Below, piece after piece: positions 59,074 through 64,000 of a DNA stretch of 64,000 nt. Location: the NCBI GenBank assembly GCA_905178155.1, contig CAJINV010000006.1, positions 3,030,860 through 3,094,859 on the forward strand, read 5' to 3'. Origin of the DNA: Amoebophrya sp. A120. Lineage: Eukaryota; Protista; Dinoflagellata. Every line of letters begins with the position of its first letter. Within the stretch, counting starts at the first letter, position 1. The position numbers and the translations under genes are program-made. The notes below the pieces were generated by a model, which searched no databases, was not told the DNA's origin, and saw only the letters and a program-made list of their open reading frames with translations.

Positions 59074-62000
59074 ATGCCAACGCCAAATACCGCGACCGCG
59101 TGGGAGTACCCACTCTCAAAAAATGAAAAGGAGCGCATGATTGCGCACGCTTACCAGAATGAAATACAGTTGGCCAATATGGATTACAGAAAAAGTTGTA
59201 GATCGTAACAGTACATGAACACAAGATTTTGGTTTTTGCACGAATTGATGGAAGCTCAGCATGGTGAAGACTTGAATTTGTAATGCGGGGGACTCACGTA
59301 AGACTTGTCCTTGTGCTGTAGTTGTGATGCATATAGTACTTGCATCAATTACAACTACGAGTTGTACAAACGAGACAACTTTCTTTGCCCTGGATACCCA
59401 ACGAAGAGAAGAGGATGGACGAGACAGTGGTAAAACGCAAAATAGTTTTGTTTCTGATGCGCTGTATGCATGACATAGACATTCAGGTTCATCTTGAACA
59501 TGCTGCCTGCGCATGACAAGTTGGTTCAATACATCAAAACTCTATCAGATACACACACTGAAGACAATGAACGAAAAGTTGGAGCTCGAGCTAGATTACG
59601 CCTTGCAAAAGTATCGTACTAAGTAGAAATAGCATCACAATTTTTTCCAGAAGGAAAAGTTGAATTTGTAATGCCAAACTAGGTAAGAAGCCAGATCTGT
59701 CATGCTGTGCTGCTATATGTACGAGTGCGATGCTTTTGCATTCGATACAGAAAACACCACGAAGCGGGCGAAGCGACAGCATTTTCGTCTGTCGTTTGGT
59801 GAGCCGATCGAAAAAGGAGAGATGATCGACAATCCGGACCTCGAAAAGGCCTACGACGAGCTTGATACGTTTGAAGGGGTGCCGAGCAAAGCGGAAGAGA
59901 TAAAGGAGCAAGAAACTACCACGGCAATAAAAAATTCCCAGCCGATAAACAGCCCTGAGCCGAAAATGGGAGCAGCTACAAATGGAAACAGTACTTCCAG
60001 CACGCCCGCGGCGAATGGAGGTACAACTACATGCGCAGGCGGTGGAAGTACTACTTCATCTAGTAGCTCATCTTCCTCCTCATCGTCATCTGCAGCGCCC
60101 TATGAACTGCAAAAGTCTCGTACTCGTCGTATAAATGCATGACAAATTTCCTCAGCACGAGAGATAAAATTTGTAATGCGGATGTACCTTAAGATAAAGA
60201 TTTGTAATGCATGAATGCAATACGTATACGAGTGCGATACTTTTGCACAGGATACGTCCGATAGCTGGACCCTAGTGGAGGATGAGGAAACATCAAATGT
60301 GCTGCGTTATCGTAAGGAAAAATCCCCTCTCCCCATATCGAGGAGAAAATTTGTGATGCTGATTTGTGATGGTGTTGATGACCACAAATCAGCTTTGTCT
60401 TGCGTGTTGTGGTGCAGCGAGTCTGTCATGCGTTTTCGCCTATCTCAGATTTGTTTCTCATGCTCAGCTGCTAGCCGGATGCATAGGCATACCCAAATGG
60501 TCAGCTTAGAATGTGCCGACAAGCTGCTCTTGCTGCAATAGAAAGCTCATCTGTGTACACAAATCCAGCAATGCAAATTATCTTTTGAACATGGCCATGG
60601 GGTGGAGGCTCTTTTCACTTTGATATGCCTGGTCCCACGCTGTCGTCAACGTCATCCTCCTCGAGTCGTAGTACTACTACGACCGCCGGCACCAATAGAA
60701 CATCATCTCCATCACGAGCAGCCGGGGGCGGGCCAGGGGCAAATAAAAACGGCGCCGGGGCAGCAAGTGACGTGGTGGTGATCCCCAAATCAACGCTGTA
60801 CTACATGTATGCGCTGCAAAAGGTATAAGTTGAAGTATCGCACAATGGAAATTTTCTCACGAACACAAATGTCGCAAGTTGTCATGCTAGAACAGGTAGA
60901 AAGTTATAGATTTGTCATGCCTTATTGCAAATGCAGTTACTACGAGCAGGAGCACGATACATCAACTTTTGCAGACGATAACATGGTCTGCGCCGGCTGC
61001 ATAGCGGGGCTATTGCTGCTGGTCTGCTGTGTGTTTGTGGCGGTGATGATATGACAGTACACAAAAATTCTTCCTCGTCGGCCCCCCTCATAGTCATGTG
61101 TCATGCAAAAGCACAAGGCTAGCCGCGCTGGCGTTGCCTTGTTGTAGCGTCATCTCGCATCTTGGAATTTTTGCGAAGTGAAGTTGCACTTCACTTGCAA
61201 CATCACCGTAAATACGCACAGGTACAGGAATAGGCAGCTCTGCATAGTTTTAATTCCACGCAAGGACGGGGAGGGGGGATCATGCTTGTGCACTCTCATA
61301 GACCGTTCTGTACTACTACAAACCCGACACGCTCTTCGCGTCTATACCTAGTACAGGTTCACCAGCTGCTGGCCATCAAACTACAAGCACGATAAACCAG
61401 GAAGCACTCTCGGACGCCAACACGCGAGCGCGGTATGAAAGCCTCGGGTTGGAAATCCTCAAAGTGGAAATAATTTGTAATGCAAAAAAACGACGCCAGT
61501 TGAAGCGCCACTTGTAGGCGGGGCATGACAAATTTCCCGGACACTTAACGCACGTCTCCTGTCATGCTCATGCAGGTTAAGGGAAAGGGGTGCCTTTCTG
61601 TCGTGCTAAGCAGCACCTCAATTCTTCGCCCCTAGCAGGATAATAGCCGGCCTCCATTGCGTCCTCTGCAATACAGTTTTTTTTGCGTCGCATTTCATGC
61701 ATCACAAATTATTTCCACTTTGAGGATTTCCATTCTGAGGCTTTCATACGCGGAGTGTCCCGAATTCTCCGAGGTTTGTTATGACCCGCTCAAGCGTAGT
61801 TACAATCTCAGATCGGTTACCATAGAGTCTGGGTTTTGTATTGCATGATGAGCATGACAGACTCGGACAGCATTCCCCGTTCTGCAATACAAATTTCGCC
61901 AGATTGTGCTGAGGATTGGGACTCCATAACTTGCCATGCGCAATCCTATGAGAGGTGGCTAGATAATGCACTTCTTGCAACACAAATTCCAGATTCTATT

Positions 62001-63007
62001 GTAACGTTCGGGATTGTAAGACCTGAGCAGGTTATATTTGTACCGAACGAAGACGCGGTTTCTGACAACGCGGACTACTTGAAAGTAAAGCACGAGATCG
62101 AACACCAGCAGATGTTGAGTAGTACTAGCAAAGTAGTACTAAGAACAGATGCAACAATAGACGAAGAGCAAGAAGACTCGCCTGCGCCGCTGTTCCCCTC
62201 CATCGATCCGCCCGCGAACCAGAACACGTTTCAACCCACGTGGAGCATAAAAGGCGGTTCGTATCAGAAGGGAAAAAACGGCTTCGGAGGCTCCTCTGCG
62301 TACGAATATGCATTGCAAAGGCATCGTACCTCCAGTAGTGATTGCAATACAAATTTGCTTAGCATGACAAACGAAATTTGTAATGCTGTTTTACGTCAGG
62401 AAGGAGATTGGTCATGCAAAACAGCAATTACTACGAGTGCGATACTTTTGCAGAGCATAACGAATTTTCCGGTACGATCCAGCAGGAAGTGGATCGCGCT
62501 CTCACGTTTTTCGGGAAGGGCCAGTGCATATGAATTGCAAAAGTGGTCTTGCAGCTATACATTACAAATCTAGTTGTTAAGGGAAATCCGCATTGCAAAT
62601 TCAATGTGTAATGCTGAGCCAATTTGTTCTTCTTGGTTTATTCTTGTTTTGCAATTTATAGTATACGTAGTGCGATAGCGATACTTCTTTTGCAAAGGAT
62701 AGCGCAATGAGTCGGCGGACCGGCTCTACGCCCTCCTGCGCAGCAACCTGACCGATGTGGTGTGGCGGCCGAAAATTTTGCGGTATGGCACGGAAAAAGT
62801 GTTACAGTTACACACATAGTCTATGCAGGCCAAGCAAGACAGACAAGCTCTGTCATGCCGGATATGCATAGGAGCCCCGTTTCATAGGTGTTTTGCCGTA
62901 GGATTTCTGCATTGCAAGTTTTCTCTCTCATGCAGAGAAGTTTGTGTTGCTGAATTGACTACAAATGTGTAACTGTAACACTTTTTTCGTGGGACATGCG
63001 GGTATAG
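59074..63007 (+). CDS. Hypothetical single-pass membrane protein; 11 introners plus GT-AG intron 59430-59548; start uncertain
   Basis: MPTPNTATAWEYP ... MVCAGCIAGLLLLVCCVFVAVM (TM) ... LTDVVWRPKILRV* after element removal. Confidence 0.7.
59178..59396. mobile_element. Degenerate family C introner (219 bp)
   Basis: tatggattacagaaaaagttgt...acaactttctttgccctggata; DR gccaa/cccaa. Confidence 0.75.
59597..59747. mobile_element. Introner family A, diverged (151 bp)
   Basis: Starts TAC; DR tagat/cagaa. Confidence 0.8.
60101..60254. mobile_element. Introner family A (154 bp)
   Basis: A-type TIRs; DR cgccc/cgtcc. Confidence 0.9.
60308..60625. mobile_element. Introner family I (318 bp)
   Basis: Opposite orientation to 52628; DR tgcgt/tgcct. 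Confidence 0.88.
60808..60980. mobile_element. Degenerate family A introner (173 bp)
   Basis: tatgcgctgcaaaag...cttttgcagacgata; DR acatg. Confidence 0.82.
61050..61300. mobile_element. Degenerate family D introner (251 bp)
   Basis: tatgacagtacacaa...ttgtgcactctcata; decayed DR gatga/gaccg. Confidence 0.78.
61434..61748. mobile_element. Introner family J (315 bp)
   Basis: ~50-bp TIR; DR cgcgg. Confidence 0.92.
61780..62036. mobile_element. Introner family G (257 bp), opposite orientation to 11744
   Basis: G-type TIRs; DR tttgt. Confidence 0.92.
62307..62459. mobile_element. Introner family A (153 bp)
   Basis: A-type TIRs; DR acgaa. Confidence 0.9.
62529..62701. mobile_element. Introner family A, diverged (173 bp)
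   Basis: A-like TIRs; DR gtgca/gcgca. Confidence 0.82.
62784..62996. mobile_element. Introner family K (213 bp), ends ACA
   Basis: K-type TIRs; DR tgcgg. Confidence 0.9.
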
Positions 63008-63231
63008 TATAAGTAGTACTCTTCGTCGCGTTGTAAAATATCGAGATTATATTCCTGTACATGTTGTAGGTTTTCTAGGAAGATGATGTTGTAAAATGTA
63101 ATTCGAAATTAAATCCATGTTCAGGAACCTCCAGAGCCACTCCTGCTTCTAATTGTCTACTTATTTTCACGATGCTCTCGCTCACTAACTATTCTGCAAG
63201 ACGAATTGGAATTGTTCCGCTTCTATCATGA

Positions 63232-63639
63232 TTGGGAGTACTCAAAAACAAAATATTAATATACACCAAATTATGCTATCAGAACTACGGCTACACCCTG
63301 TTCTGTTCAACGCCGCCCCGGTATGAAAGTGCACAACTCCCCCTCCCCCTCATTTCTCATGCAAAATTCCAAGTCCACCCTTAGCCTGTCAGTACTGTTT
63401 GCATGACAGATTCCGGAATCCAAAACAGCACTACAATCCTCTATGAATTTGTGATGCAAAAGCTGCATCTTTGCCAGCGCTTGTGTTGCTGTTCATGCAA
63501 CACAAATGAGGGGGAGGGGGAGTTGTGCATTCTCATACCCGGAAACCCGAGGCCTTGGAAGCGTTTGAGACCGCCTACAAGTTCGGCAACGAGAAGCACC
63601 CAAGATGGACCTGGAACCTGCTCGGTTACATTTACGCAA
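63232..63639 (+). CDS. Fragment of a TPR-like protein gene (ends not resolved)
   Basis: After removing 63322-63537: YQNYGYTLFCSTPPRKPEALEAFETAYKFGNEKHPRWTWNLLGYIYA, a TPR-like pattern. Confidence 0.5.
63322..63537. mobile_element. Introner family D (216 bp)
   Basis: D-type TIRs; DR cccgg. Confidence 0.93.
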
Positions 63640-63707
63640 TATGCATTGCAAAAGCATCGTACTCGCATAAATGCATGACAAATTTCATCAGCATGGGAAA
63701 TGAAATT
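63640..63707. mobile_element. Family A left half, interrupted
   Basis: tatgcattgcaaaagcatcgtactcg...; similarity ends abruptly at ~63707. Confidence 0.8.
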
Positions 63708-63747
63708 ACTATCTAAACTGCAGCAGCTGGTCAAAAATGCATGCGAG

Positions 63748-64000
63748 GTGTATGTTCGGGGGTATGTTCGGGGGTGTGTCAGGGGTATGCAAATGGCAGT
63801 CAATCACGACCTGAATACAAATTTTTGGTGAAAAAGCAACAGGTGGGGTATAAACATACCCCAGACACACCCCAGACACACCCCAGACACACCCCAGACA
63901 TACCCCAGACAGACCCCCGAACACACCCCAGGCAAAAAGTCCGAACATACCCCAGACACACCCCGGACACACCCCGGGCAGACTTTCCGACACACCCCGG
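63748..64000. repeat. Inverted arrays of an 11-12-bp unit (tatgttcgggg about x3; ccccagacaca about x12), running off the window
   Basis: Directly visible tandem units in opposite orientations separated by a ~65-bp spacer. Confidence 0.85.

Noticed and set aside
3981-63707. Recurrent short ORFs with CKSIVLV / QKYRTR / KMSGSG / MHYKF peptides as a protein family
   Set aside because: They are translations of family A and B TIRs, occur on both strands and in all frames, and disappear when elements are removed.
1-64000. An autonomous transposase, integrase or reverse transcriptase
   Set aside because: No DDE, HUH, tyrosine recombinase or RT motifs recognised in any ORF or reconstructed gene; the mobiliser must lie elsewhere.
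1-64000. Dinoflagellate spliced-leader relics, tRNA, rRNA or snRNA genes
   Set aside because: I saw no CCGTAGCCATTTTGGCTCAAG match or structured-RNA signature by eye; Infernal/tRNAscan would be needed to exclude them.
63850-64000. Telomeric repeat
   Set aside because: The unit is 11-12 bp, degenerate, and paired with an inverted array; it is not TTTAGGG/TTAGGG-like.

Overview
Eukaryotic, gene-dense DNA with all recognisable genes on the + strand. The architecture strongly resembles the parasitic dinoflagellate Amoebophrya (Syndiniales); this is an inference, not a database hit. About 87 short (129-442 bp; one nested composite is 650 bp) non-coding insertions dominate the window. They fall into about 12 families (my labels A-L). 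Nearly all start 5'-TAT, end ATA-3', carry family-specific terminal inverted repeats (TIRs), are flanked by a 5-bp direct repeat (DR) and share an internal GCATNACAAA motif. Removing an element plus one DR copy restores the reading frame at every complete in-gene element I translated, so they behave as non-canonical (non GT-AG) introner-type introns. Reconstructed genes: uS13-like ribosomal protein (3' part), exosome Rrp4, splicing factor Isy1, an AlkB-like 2OG-Fe(II) oxygenase, a GOST (GPR107/GPR180-like) 7-TM protein with 22 such introns, a TPR fragment and several orphans. A partial second copy of the 7-TM gene around a 100-N gap differs by presence/absence of 8 elements and shows empty sites. 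Also seen: decayed elements becoming GT-AG introns, nested and cargo-carrying elements, and a GC-rich fold-back insertion with a 47-bp duplication. No transposase is visible. Coordinates were read by eye and may be off by a base or two.
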